64,000 bases of DNA. Source: an uncultured Planctomycetaceae bacterium. GTDB lineage: Bacteria > Planctomycetota > Planctomycetia > Planctomycetales > Planctomycetaceae. This document shows positions 52,239-62,660 of this stretch, piece by piece (the stretch's first letter is position 1; every line of letters starts with the position of its first letter). Under the pieces are notes generated by a model. That model did no database searches, was not told where the DNA came from, and saw only the letters and a program-made list of their open reading frames with translations. A program made the translations under genes and the position numbers. Location: NCBI GenBank assembly GCA_963813715.1, contig CAWFAK010000017.1, positions 416,001 to 480,000 of the forward strand. The letters are read 5' to 3'.

Positions 52239-53882
52239 ATGGAATTGTCACCGTTACGGCAGCGTCCCGCCTGGCAGGCTCTCGAAGCGCATTACGAAAA
52301 GATTCGCGACCGGCACCTCCGCGACCTGTTCGCCGAAGACCCACAGCGGGCGGAAAAGCTCTCGCTCGAGGCGCTCGGCGTCCTGCTCGACTACTCCAAG
52401 AACCGCCTCACCACAGAGACGGTGCAGCTGCTCTTGGACCTGGCGAATCAGTCGGGGCTCCGCGAACGCATCGACGCCATGTTCCGGGGCGACAAGATCA
52501 ACATCACCGAGAACCGGGCCGTGCTGCACGTCGCGCTGCGGGCCCCGCGCGACGAAGTGATCGATGTGGACGGCAAGAACGTCGTCCCGGAGGTGCACAC
52601 CGTCCTCGATAAAATGGCCGACTTCGTCAATCGGGTGCACAGCGGAGCCTGGCTGGGGGCAACCGGTAAGACGATCAAGAACGTCGTCAACATCGGCATC
52701 GGCGGCTCGGACCTCGGCCCGTCGATGGCCTATTCGGCCCTCAAGCACTACAGCCACCGGGACATGACGTTTCGTTTTGTCTCGAACGTCGACGGCACCG
52801 ACATTGCCGAAGCGGCCCGCGACCTTGATCTGGCCCGCACGCTGTTTATCATCTCGTCGAAAACCTTCACGACGCTCGAGACGCTTACCAACGCCCGCAC
52901 GGCCCGGCAGTGGTACATCGATGCCCTGAAGGACGAGGCGGTGATCGCGAAGCACTTCGTCGCCGTCTCCACCAACGAGGCCGAGGTCCGCAAATTCGGG
53001 ATCGACCCGGCCAACATGTTCGGGTTTTGGGACTGGGTGGGCGGCCGCTACTCGTACACATCGGCGATCGGCCTCTCGCTGATGCTGGCGATCGGCCCGG
53101 ACCGGTACCGGGAGATGCTCGCCGGCTTCCACGAAATGGACGAGCACTTCCGCACGGCGCCGTTCGCGGAGAATCTGCCGGTGATTTTGGGGCTGGTCGG
53201 CCTCTGGTACGACGACTTCTTCGGCGCCCAGACGCTGGCCATCCTGCCCTACGACCAGTATCTCGAAAAGCTGAGCGCCTATTTCGAGCAGCTCGACATG
53301 GAGAGCAATGGCAAGCACGTGACGCTCGATGGGCGGACCGTTGATTACCAGACGGGGCCCATCGTCTGGGGCACGCCGGGCACCAACGGCCAGCATGCGT
53401 ACTATCAGCTGATTCACCAGGGGACGAAATTGATCCCCTGCGACTTCATCGGCTTCTGCCAGTCGCTCAATCCGCTGGGCCGTCACCACGATTTGTTGAT
53501 GGCCAACTTCTTCGCCCAGACCGAGGCGCTGGCCTTCGGCAAAACGCTCGAGCAGGTGAAGGCGGACGGCGTTTCCGATACGCTCGCGCCGCATCGCGTG
53601 TTCGAGGGGAATCGGCCGACGAACTCGATTCTTTTGGAGCAGCTCACGCCGGCCGCATTGGGCAAACTGGTGGCCCTCTACGAGCACAAGGTTTTCGTGC
53701 AGGGCACGATCTGGCAGATCAACTCGTTCGATCAATGGGGGGTCGAGCTGGGCAAAGTGCTCGCGCAGCGGATCGTGCCGGAACTCGAGGGAACTGCGAC
53801 GACCAAGGTTCCGCACGACAGCTCGACCACGCGGCTCATCGAACGCTATCGCCGCATGCGGGCGAAGCCGACCAACGGCTGA
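52239..53882 (+). CDS. pgi: Glucose-6-phosphate isomerase
   Basis: [32 protein letters not shown]. Confidence 0.98.
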   Translation: MELSPLRQRPAWQALEAHYEKIRDRHLRDLFAEDPQRAEKLSLEALGVLLDYSKNRLTTETVQLLLDLANQSGLRERIDAMFRGDKINITENRAVLHVALRAPRDEVIDVDGKNVVPEVHTVLDKMADFVNRVHSGAWLGATGKTIKNVVNIGIGGSDLGPSMAYSALKHYSHRDMTFRFVSNVDGTDIAEAARDLDLARTLFIISSKTFTTLETLTNARTARQWYIDALKDEAVIAKHFVAVSTNEAEVRKFGIDPANMFGFWDWVGGRYSYTSAIGLSLMLAIGPDRYREMLAGFHEMDEHFRTAPFAENLPVILGLVGLWYDDFFGAQTLAILPYDQYLEKLSAYFEQLDMESNGKHVTLDGRTVDYQTGPIVWGTPGTNGQHAYYQLIHQGTKLIPCDFIGFCQSLNPLGRHHDLLMANFFAQTEALAFGKTLEQVKADGVSDTLAPHRVFEGNRPTNSILLEQLTPAALGKLVALYEHKVFVQGTIWQINSFDQWGVELGKVLAQRIVPELEGTATTKVPHDSSTTRLIERYRRMRAKPTNG

Positions 53883-53960
53883 TGCAAGTCTGACATGGAG
53901 TGTTTCGCGGCGTCTGTCATCGAGCGCCTGTCACCGACTGTGTGCACCTGGGAGACCGAG

Positions 53961-54881
53961 ATGGCGGTGGGATATGACAAGCCGCTCTATCTCCTGCCGT
54001 TCGATCATCGCCACTCGTACGGGGCGGAGGTGTTCGGCTTCAAGGAGCCGATGACGCCGGAGCAGATCGCCCAGGTCGGCGCCAGCAAACAGGTGATTTA
54101 CGAGGGTTTCAAGAAAAGCATCGAGAGCGGCGTGCCGAAGGAGAAGGCCGGGATTCTCGTCGACGAGGAATTCGGGGCGGCCATCCTTCGCGATGCCGCT
54201 CGGCAAGGCTTCATCGCAGCGATGTCGGTGGAGAAAAGCGGCCAGAACGAGTTCGATTTCGAGTACGCAGACCAGTTCGCCGCCCACTTGGACGAGTTTA
54301 AGCCGACCTTCGCCAAAGTGCTCGTTCGCTATAACCCCGAGGGGGACTCTGTGCTCAACCAACGGCAGACCGCCCGGCTGAACAAGCTCGGCGACAACTG
54401 CCGTCGATCGGGCCGGTACTTCATGTTCGAGTTGCTCGTACCGCCCGAGCCGGGTCAGCTCGACAAAGTTGGCGGCGACAAGCAGGTCTACGACAGCGAC
54501 ATTCGGCCGGGCTTGATGGTCGAGGCGATTCGCCAGCTTCAGGATGCCGGCGTCGAGCCCGACGTGTGGAAGATCGAGGGTCTCGACCGGGCCGACGATT
54601 GTGTCAAAGTCGCGGAGGTCGCCCGCCGCGACGGCCGCAGCCAGGTCGGCTGCATCGTGTTGGGACGCGGCGAGGAGGAGTCGAAGGTCGTGCGATGGCT
54701 GCAGACCGCCGCGGCGATTCCAGCGTTTATTGGGTTCGCCATCGGCCGTTCGACGTTTCTGGAGCCGATTTTGCAGCTCCGCAACGGAAAATTGTCGGCG
54801 ATGGCTGCCTCGTCGGACATCGCCCGGAGATTCAAAAAGTGGGTTGACGTATTTGAGCAAGCGGGCCCGACGACGTGTTAA
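53961..54881 (+). CDS. Stand-alone DUF2090 protein (putative class I aldolase)
   Basis: PFDHR, KVLVRYNP, PDVWKIEG, VLGRG, GFAIGRS. Confidence 0.82.
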   Translation: MAVGYDKPLYLLPFDHRHSYGAEVFGFKEPMTPEQIAQVGASKQVIYEGFKKSIESGVPKEKAGILVDEEFGAAILRDAARQGFIAAMSVEKSGQNEFDFEYADQFAAHLDEFKPTFAKVLVRYNPEGDSVLNQRQTARLNKLGDNCRRSGRYFMFELLVPPEPGQLDKVGGDKQVYDSDIRPGLMVEAIRQLQDAGVEPDVWKIEGLDRADDCVKVAEVARRDGRSQVGCIVLGRGEEESKVVRWLQTAAAIPAFIGFAIGRSTFLEPILQLRNGKLSAMAASSDIARRFKKWVDVFEQAGPTTC

Positions 54882-54930
54882 AGCCTCGACGGCAGTGTTA
54901 AAGCCTCAACGCAGTGTAAAGCTCGACGCA
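54875..54930 (+). repeat. Degenerate triple tandem repeat across stop codon
   Basis: GTGTTAAAGCCTCGACGGCA / GTGTTAAAGCCTCAACGCA / GTGTAAAGCTCGACGCA. Confidence 0.8.
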
Positions 54931-54958
54931 GTGGTCAACGTTCAGGGGAGATCGAGAC

Positions 54959-55987
54959 ATGCAACTGGGAATGATCGGCCTGGGGCGGATGGGCGCCAAC
55001 ATGGTGCGTCGGCTCTTGAAAGGCGGCCACGAGTGCGTGGCTTTCGACAGGAACGCACAAGCAGTGAAGGATCTGACCGGCGAGGGCTCGAAGGGCGCCG
55101 CATCGCTCGATGAGTTGGTGCAAAAGCTCAAAACGCCTCGCGCCGTGTGGCTGATGGTGCCTGCCGGCGTCGTCGACAGCACGCTTGCCGATCTGGTCCC
55201 GAAGCTTTCGCCGGGCGACATCGTGATCGACGGCGGCAACTCGTACTACATCGACGACATTCGTCGGGCGGGCGAGCTCAAGGCGAAAGGCCTGCATTAC
55301 GTCGACGTCGGCACGAGCGGCGGCGTGTGGGGACTGGAGCGCGGCTATTGCCAGATGATCGGCGGGGAGGACGCGATCGTCCGCTCACTCGATCCGATTT
55401 TCGCCACGCTGGCGCCGCCGGTGAATGCGGCCCCCCGCACGCCCGGCCGCGAAACGATGCCCGCCTCCACGGCCGAGCACGGGTATTTGCACTGCGGCCC
55501 GAACGGCGCCGGCCACTTTGTGAAGATGGTCCACAACGGCATCGAGTACGGCATCATGGCCGCCTATGCCGAGGGACTGGCCGTCCTCAAAAACGCGAAC
55601 GTCGGCAAACAGAAGGACGTGATCGACGCGGAAACGACTCCGCTCCGCGACCCCGAACATTATCAATTCGATCTCAACCTGGCGGACGTGGCCGAGGTGT
55701 GGCGTCGCGGCAGCGTGATTTCGTCGTGGCTGTTGGACCTCACCGCCCAGGCGCTGGGGCAGGATCAGAAGCTCGGACAATTTTCAGGCCGCGTTTCGGA
55801 TTCCGGCGAGGGACGCTGGACCATCAAGGCGGCCATCGACGAAGCCGTCCCGGTGCCGGTCCTTACGACGGCTTTGTACGAACGATTCGCCTCCCGCGGC
55901 GAGTCGGACTATGCCGATCGGCTGCTGTCGGCGATGCGTTTTGGTTTCGGCGGGCACCTGGAGAAAAAGACGCCGTCCGGTTTGTGA
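54959..55987 (+). CDS. gnd: 6-phosphogluconate dehydrogenase (short type)
   Basis: [31 protein letters not shown]. Confidence 0.96.
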   Translation: MQLGMIGLGRMGANMVRRLLKGGHECVAFDRNAQAVKDLTGEGSKGAASLDELVQKLKTPRAVWLMVPAGVVDSTLADLVPKLSPGDIVIDGGNSYYIDDIRRAGELKAKGLHYVDVGTSGGVWGLERGYCQMIGGEDAIVRSLDPIFATLAPPVNAAPRTPGRETMPASTAEHGYLHCGPNGAGHFVKMVHNGIEYGIMAAYAEGLAVLKNANVGKQKDVIDAETTPLRDPEHYQFDLNLADVAEVWRRGSVISSWLLDLTAQALGQDQKLGQFSGRVSDSGEGRWTIKAAIDEAVPVPVLTTALYERFASRGESDYADRLLSAMRFGFGGHLEKKTPSGL

Positions 55988-56027
55988 TCGACACACGTTT
56001 GTGATCGGCCGGTTTGTAATCGACACC
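55977..56027 (+). repeat. Triple GTTTGT(G/A)ATCG repeat across gnd stop
   Basis: Units at 55980, 55997, 56012. Confidence 0.7.
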
Positions 56028-56151
56028 ACGGCCGCAAGGCGGCGAGCAGTCACGCGATTTGACGATCCGGGTCGCTCACACCGTGTGACCCCTGACAATA
56101 AGAACGAGCCGAATGGTCCGCCGGAGCGGGTCGGCTCGCCGGAGGAAATCA

Positions 56152-57553
56152 ATGGCCGCAGCGCAGTCCGATACGCTCGTTGTGTTCGGCGCCACGGGCG
56201 ACCTGGCGTTTAAAAAGATCTTTCCCGCGCTTCAGTCGATGGTTCGCCGCGGGCCATCTGACGGTTCCGGTGATCGGCGTGGCGAAATCGGGTTGGAACA
56301 TCGACCAATTCCGCCAGCGCGCGAAGGACAGCATTCAACAGCACAGCACGTTCGATCCCCAAGACTTCGAGAAACTGAGCAAGCTGCTCCACTACGTCGA
56401 CGGCGACTATTCCGATCCGGCGACGTTCACCGCGCTCATCAAGGAATTGGGCAAGGCACAACGGCCCACGTACTATCTGGCGATCCCACCCGTGCTATTC
56501 GGGCTGGTGGTGGAGCAGTTGGGCAAGGCCCACGGCGCTCAGAACGCCCGCGTCGTCATCGAGAAGCCGTTCGGCCGCGATCTGGCGTCTGCACAAGAAC
56601 TCAACAAAGTTCTATTGGGGAACTTTGACGAACGCTCGATCTTCCGCATCGACCACTACCTCGGCAAATCGCCCGTCCGCAACCTGCTCTATTTCCGCTT
56701 CGAGAACACGTTCCTCGAGCCGATCTGGAATCGCCGCTACGTCGAAAGCGTGCAGATCACGATGTCCGAGGATTTTGGCGTGGAGGGGCGCGGCGCGTTC
56801 TACGAGGAGGCGGGCACCATCCGTGACGTGATCGAGAACCACATGTTCCAGGTGCTCGTCAATCTGGCCATGGAACCGCCGGCCGGCACCGACAGCGAAT
56901 CGGTCCGCGACGAAAAGGTGAAAGTCTTGCGCTCGATTGCGCCGCTCGATCCGCACAAGGTCGTGCGAGGCCAGTTCCGTGGCTACCGCGACGAAAAGGG
57001 AGTCGCGAAGAATTCGCGAGTCGAGACCTTCGCCGCGATCAAGCTGCAAATCCACTCCTGGCGCTGGGACGGCGTTCCGTTCTTCATTCGTGCCGGCAAA
57101 AACCTGCCGGTCACCTGCATGGAAGTCTTTGCCGAGCTGCGGCGTCCACCCGACCTCTACTCGACGTCGTGCACCGTGCCCAACCACGTGCGATTCCGGC
57201 TCAGCCCCGACATTACCATTGGGCTCGGCACAATGGTGATGGACCCCGGCGACGAGATGGTCGGCCGCCCGGTGGAACTCGTGGCGACGCACAAACCCGA
57301 CGGCGATGAAATGGAGGCCTACGAGCGACTGCTGGGCGATGCCATGCGCGGCGACCAGACGCTCTTTGCCCGCGAGGATTACGTCGAGCAAGCGTGGCGA
57401 ATCGTCGACCCCATCTTGGAAAAATCGACCCCCGTCTACGAATACGAGCCCGGCACCTGGGGCCCCGACGAAGTCAACCGCCTCGTTTCACCACCGGGGG
57501 GCTGGCATGATCCCGTGCTCAGCACGCGGCATCCTTCCGCGCCGAAAAGCTGA
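56152..57553 (+). CDS. zwf: Glucose-6-phosphate 1-dehydrogenase, frameshift near 56250
   Basis: [25 protein letters not shown]. Confidence 0.96.
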
Positions 57554-57694
57554 TCTTGTTCGGATTGCGTATCTGTGGCTGAATGAAGGAAGCGGACTGT
57601 GTGGCGCGCTCGCGGACACCGTGGGACGGGGCGCCCGCGGGACGGGACGCGACGATGTCACGCGTGAAAGTGCGTCGGTCAATGCTTGGCCGGT

Positions 57695-57782
57695 GGGGAC
57701 AAGGTCCCCGGCGGGGACGAAAAAAGGATCCCCGGCGGTGATGGGGATCCGTTTTCACTAAGGGGGAAACAAGATCCCCGGC
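57695..57782. repeat. Cluster of GGGGA..TCCCCGGC hairpin repeats
   Basis: Units at 57695, 57713, 57762; alternative hairpin 57719-57756. Confidence 0.6.
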
Positions 57783-57788
57783 ACCCAA

Positions 57789-59302
57789 ATGGAACCCAAC
57801 CGGCCGTCTCTGTGGGTGAGCGCCCTGCTCCTGCCCGTTGCGGTCGCGCTCGCTTCCGGGTCGGTCCTGGTGCTGCTTGGTTCCTTTCTGCTGAGGCGGT
57901 TTCGCCAGTCGGGCGTCCGCTGGGCGGCGGGCGGGGGCGTCCTGCTGGGACTTTCGCTCCGGGTGGCCGCCGCTCTGGCCGACGGACCCGACATTCCGGA
58001 CCTGGCGGAGCCGTTCGACGTCAAGGCGTTCGAGGCATACTCGTTGCCGGCCGGCAAAAATGCCGACTATTTGTACCTCTTGGCACAGCGGTCACTGGTC
58101 AAGCTCGACAACAAGCGAGGTACGTTCGAGGCGACAGAGAAGAGCGCGCAACAAGCGGCTCTCGCGGGTTGGGCCGAAGCAAACCCGGATGTTCGCAAGT
58201 GGCTCGACGCGAATGAAAAGTCGCTCACGGCGTGGAAGGCGGGCACGACGCGGGCCGACGCGATCGAAGTTCCGCTCAGCGAGTTTTCTTACCTTTCGGA
58301 GCTGCCTGTCAGCAACGAGGCCCGAACGTTTGCCACGCTGGCGTTCCTGAAAGCGAGTAAGGTCACCAGCGAGGGACAGACTGCCGACGCGTGGAGCTGG
58401 TATCGGGCCGCGCTGCGATATAGTCGGCACCTGGGGATGTACGGGGGCATCATCGAGCGGATGGTTGGGGCGCGGGTTTATCGGCTCGCGCGGGATCCGA
58501 TCCTGAACTGGGCGGCCCGGCCTGAGGTGAGCGCGGCCGACCTGCGTCAGGCGCTCGCCGACGTTGTCGCGGTCGATGCGATGACCGCGCCCTTGTCGCG
58601 CGCACTCAAGGTCGAGTATCTCTCCGTGCGACATTCAATTCCTCTGGTGCTTGCCAACGTGCGGAAGGGACATCCTTTCGTAGCCGTGGCAACGCGAGAG
58701 AGTGGACGGCCGGAAAAAATGGTGCGGATCGCGAACGTGTGCTTCTCCAACTGGCTCGCCAATGCCGAACGGCCCCGCTGGCAGCGGAGGCCGATGAGCG
58801 ACAAAGACGTCGGCCTTTTCGAGCCGGACACGGGGTCAGCCAAACTGCCGCCCGCGCCGAACTGAAGAAGCTCGTTGCGATGCAACTGTCCGGGCTCGCA
58901 AACATGGGAATGATGAGGACTTCCCCCGACGAGGACTATGCACTGCCGGGTATGATGTGGCTCTTTGACTCGGTCGATCGGGATCGCGTTAACCAAGCGG
59001 CCGTCCTGGTCGGCCTGGCACTGCAGCTTTACTTCCGCGAGCATGGCGGTTTTCCCGCCGCCCTTCCGGAACTTGTGCACGCCGGTTATTTGAAATCCAT
59101 TCCGCTCGATCCGTTTGGTAAGGGCGAACCGATTCACTACCGGCTGGAAGGCGATGCCAAGGACCGTGCAGTCGTGTGGAGCGTGGGGCTCGACGGCAGC
59201 CAGGCGGCCGGCAAGTTGCCAACGACGCCGAATGATTCGTACGAGAGCCAGCTTACGGTCTTTGAGATCAAAGCGGTCCGAAATTCGCAAAATCGAAAAT
59301 AG
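57789..59302 (+). CDS. Membrane-anchored hypothetical protein, frameshift near 58855
   Basis: Two N-terminal TMs; C-terminal LPELV..YLKSIPLDPF..WSVGLDG in next frame. Confidence 0.65.
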
Positions 59303-59325
59303 CGACTTGAGGGGAGCCAAGAGCG

Positions 59326-59928
59326 ATGGCCGAAACTTTGCCAAAGGTCTATTTGGCGCGACACGGGCAAACGGCATGGAGTCTTTCCGGCCAGCACACC
59401 GGACGCACCGATATTCCGCTCACGCCGGAAGGCGAACAAAACGCCAAACGGCTGGGCGAGCGGTTGGCCAAAATCAAGGAGCCGTTTGCGCTCGTGCTCG
59501 TCAGTCCCGTGCAGCGGGCGCGGCGGACCGCGGAGCTGTCGGGATTTGGGGGTCGCGCGGTCATCGAGCCCGATCTTTACGAATGGGATTACGGGCAATA
59601 CGAAGGACGTAAGACGGCCGAGATTCGCCGCGAGCGGCCTGATTGGCAGCTCTTTCGCGACGGCGTGCCGGGCGGCGAAACGCTCGAGCAGGTTGCGGCC
59701 CGGGCTGACCGGGTGATCACCCGCGTGCGGACGAGTGGAGGTAATGCCCTGCTCTTTTCCAGCGGCCACATCCTCCGCGTGCTGGGGGCGCGCTGGTGCG
59801 AATGCGACGGATCGGCGGGGCAGCGTCTTAACCTCGGCACAGCCTCCTTGAGCGTGCTGAGCTACGAGCACAATCTGCAGGAGCCCGTGCTGCAGTTGTG
59901 GAATGACCAGTCCCACCTCGGTCAGTGA
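59326..59928 (+). CDS. Histidine phosphatase family protein
   Basis: RHGQT, HTGRTDIPLT, EWDYG.YEG, SGH. Confidence 0.92.
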   Translation: MAETLPKVYLARHGQTAWSLSGQHTGRTDIPLTPEGEQNAKRLGERLAKIKEPFALVLVSPVQRARRTAELSGFGGRAVIEPDLYEWDYGQYEGRKTAEIRRERPDWQLFRDGVPGGETLEQVAARADRVITRVRTSGGNALLFSSGHILRVLGARWCECDGSAGQRLNLGTASLSVLSYEHNLQEPVLQLWNDQSHLGQ

Positions 59929-59956
59929 GCGGTCGAGCGGTGTTCCGATTTCCGCC

Positions 59957-60026
59957 GTAGGGCGAGCTGCCAGCTTGCCCACGTTCCCTTCTGGCGATCG
60001 GCGGGCAAGCTGGCAGCTTGCCCTAC
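59957..60026. repeat. Inverted REP pair (family A, REPIN-like)
   Basis: GTAGGGCGAGCTGCCAGCTTGCCC plus inverted copy 60003-60026, between convergent genes. Confidence 0.85.
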
Positions 60027-60053
60027 AGAACGAGCACGACCTGAGGCGCGAAA

Positions 60054-60755
60054 CTACTTTCGCTGCTCGAGCCCGGCGGCCGCGGCCGGATCGGCCAGCA
60101 ACACCGCCCGCGCGTTCTCGATTCGGCCGGCTGGGATCGAGCGGTCCCCTTTCATTAGCTTCGCGAGGGGGTCGACTTTGTTTGCGCCGGTCACCAGCCA
60201 GAGGATTTGGGTCGCCCGGTTAATCATCGGATAAGTCAGCGTCATCCGCTTGCGTGCCTGGTAGACGCCTGTGATCGCCACGTCGCGGTCGGTGACGTCC
60301 AGGACGGGATCGCTGGGAACGAGCGAAGCCGTGTGTCCGTCCGGCCCGAGCCCCAAGTGGACGAGGTCCAGCACGGGGTTTGTCCCAGCAATCTGGCGGA
60401 GGATAGCCGCGTATTTGCCGGCGGCGGCCGCGAGATCGGTTTCGGTTACCGGCATCGCGTGGACGTTTTCGGCCGGCAAGGCGACGCGATCGATGAGGCA
60501 GTCGCGGAGGTGTTTTAAGTTGCGATCGGGATCGTCGTCGGGTGCGGCTCGTTCGTCGACCTGGAACAGGTGGACCTTGTCCCACTCGACCGGCAGTTTG
60601 GACAACGCCTCAAACATAATCCACGGAGCCGTTCCCCCGCTCACAGCGACGAGAAACCGGCCGCGCTGGCGAATGGCGTTGCGAGCGGCGTCGGCCAGCA
60701 ACTGCGCTCCGCGCTCGGCCAAGGTTTGCTGTTCGGCGATCAGGTCAATGCGCAT
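60054..60755 (-). CDS. pgl: 6-phosphogluconolactonase
   Basis: SGG, VDER, LGLGPDGHTASL, RMTLT. Confidence 0.94.
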   Translation of the reverse strand: MRIDLIAEQQTLAERGAQLLADAARNAIRQRGRFLVAVSGGTAPWIMFEALSKLPVEWDKVHLFQVDERAAPDDDPDRNLKHLRDCLIDRVALPAENVHAMPVTETDLAAAAGKYAAILRQIAGTNPVLDLVHLGLGPDGHTASLVPSDPVLDVTDRDVAITGVYQARKRMTLTYPMINRATQILWLVTGANKVDPLAKLMKGDRSIPAGRIENARAVLLADPAAAAGLEQRK

Positions 60756-60865
60756 GCTTTGCTCCGCAAATGCGGCACCGAGTGAATCAACCCCAATGCC
60801 CACTGGCGGACAAGCCGCCAGTGCCACTCGACTCGATTCGCGACACACAAATCACCCCGTCGAAC

Positions 60866-61558
60866 TCACGATGGCCCGACGCTGGGGGTGACAAAGGTCG
60901 CCTGTTTGGATTGTGATTCCCAAAGGCGGAACCCGCCCAAGAAGGCGTTGGCGTTGTCCCCCGCGCGGCAATTGGGCGGCATTTCCTTCAACCTTTTGAC
61001 GTTGCCACCACCCAGTACGACTTCTTCGGCCTGAACGGCGGCGCTCAACGTGGTGACCACTTCGGCCACCAGCTTCCGCCACTTCTTTTTGCCGAACCGG
61101 TCGAGGCCGCGGATGCCGACGTAGTCTTCAAAGGTGTGTTTCTTGTAGGGCAGATGCGCGAGTTCCAACGGTTCGAGCACGCCGTCGACGATCAGGGCCG
61201 AGCCCAGGCCGGTGCCCAATCCCAAAAAGAGCATGCGGCCGCCGCGATAACTGCCGAGCGCCTGCAGGGCCGCGTCGTTGATGATTTTCACCGGGCATTT
61301 GAAGGCCGCCTCGAAGTCGAAGCCGACCCAGCCTTTGCCCAGGTTGTGCGGCTCGGCGACCGGATTGCCGCGGAGGACGGGCCCCGGATAGCCCATCGCC
61401 ACGACGTCGTAGTGCCAGCCTTCGGCCGCTTTTTCAATCCCGGCCACCATATCGGTGGGAGTCATCGTTGGACCCGAGACGAATTCGCGGTGCTCGGTTT
61501 CCCCCGTGACCAGAATTTTGACGTGAGTGCCGCCGACGTCGACCACCAGAACGTTCAT
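60866..61558 (-). CDS. ppgK: ROK family polyphosphate glucokinase-like protein
   Basis: DVGGT, NDAALQA, GLGTGLGSA, LGGGN. Confidence 0.8.
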   Translation of the reverse strand: MNVLVVDVGGTHVKILVTGETEHREFVSGPTMTPTDMVAGIEKAAEGWHYDVVAMGYPGPVLRGNPVAEPHNLGKGWVGFDFEAAFKCPVKIINDAALQALGSYRGGRMLFLGLGTGLGSALIVDGVLEPLELAHLPYKKHTFEDYVGIRGLDRFGKKKWRKLVAEVVTTLSAAVQAEEVVLGGGNVKRLKEMPPNCRAGDNANAFLGGFRLWESQSKQATFVTPSVGPS

Positions 61559-61682
61559 CAGGAATTCCCCTCGTGTTGGTCCGCCCATCATACCGGAACG
61601 GACGCGCGAGGGGGGTGGGTTCAGGGGGAAGAAAATGGTCCCACGATCAGGCAGCCGGCCCAGCCCCGGATCGGGCAAATTG

Positions 61683-62474
61683 TCAGCCCTTCGACGGCGG
61701 TCGGTCGCCGCGGGTGCGCTTGCCCGCGGGCGTGCCGCCGACCGCCCCGCCCGATCGTCCGGACCGGGGCGTTTGCTCAGGTTCGTCGCGCGGCGACCGA
61801 CGGTCGAACGATCCACTGCCCATCGCCTCCTCCAGATCCTCGACGTCCGGATCGCCATAGCCGGCGTTCGAACCGGCCAGACCGCCGATGGCCGATCCGC
61901 CTCCCGGCGTTCCGGCCGCGTGGCTGTCGCCCGGATACTCGGCATCGAATCGACGGTCGAAGTTGGGGAACTGCGGGTTCTCGTGAGCGGCGAAGTCGCT
62001 GATCGTCTCAGGCGGAATCAGGTTCTCATCGGCCGGACTCGGCTCACGGTTGAGCACCGTGGCGACCGGACGGTTAATTCGCGCCAGCGATCCGGAGATG
62101 CCGACCGCTTCGGCGCAGCTGGTGCAAAATCGGGCATAAGGAAGCGCATCGAGGCGCTCGCGGCGAATCGCCTGGCCGCACTCCTCGCAGCGTCCGAACG
62201 TGCCGGCGTCAATGCGGTGCAGCGCCTCGTGAGCTTCGTTGACCAGGTACTCCTCGTTTTCCATCAGTGTTGCGTTGATGTCCTGCAGGAACTCGTCTGT
62301 GCCACGGTCTCCCAAATGCATGGGCGCGTTGGAGAGGTCGCCGGATCCTTGTCCGCCCGGTTCGCGTGCCTGTTCGATGACGGCCGACGCGTCGCTTCGC
62401 ATGCGTTCGGCCAGTTGCTTCAACTTGCTGCGATATTGAATCAAGCTACCGTTATTCATTGGAGAGGCTTTCAT
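61683..62474 (-). CDS. TraR/DksA family regulator with long C-terminal extension
   Basis: ALHRIDAGTFGRCEEC..RLDALPYARFCTSC. Confidence 0.85.
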   Translation of the reverse strand: MKASPMNNGSLIQYRSKLKQLAERMRSDASAVIEQAREPGGQGSGDLSNAPMHLGDRGTDEFLQDINATLMENEEYLVNEAHEALHRIDAGTFGRCEECGQAIRRERLDALPYARFCTSCAEAVGISGSLARINRPVATVLNREPSPADENLIPPETISDFAAHENPQFPNFDRRFDAEYPGDSHAAGTPGGGSAIGGLAGSNAGYGDPDVEDLEEAMGSGSFDRRSPRDEPEQTPRSGRSGGAVGGTPAGKRTRGDRPPSKG

Positions 62475-62660
62475 TCGAGAAATGACTCGGTCGAGCACGG
62501 CCCATCAGGCCCGCGTTCGCGCAAAGGCCAATCGTGCAAATGGCTTGCCGCGTGTCGAGTGGGCCGGTGATCGGCTAAAGAATTGCCGTCATCGTCGGGA
62601 CATGGAGTGTCCAGCGCGGAGCGTCTCGCGTGTCGCCGGCGTCCGTGCTGCGACGCGTGC

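Noticed and set aside
52254..53816. Long antisense ORFs, e.g. opposite pgi and hhyL
   Set aside because: Shadow ORFs expected from high-GC codon bias
54875..56027. Short repeats as CRISPR arrays
   Set aside because: No unique spacers of regular length and no cas genes
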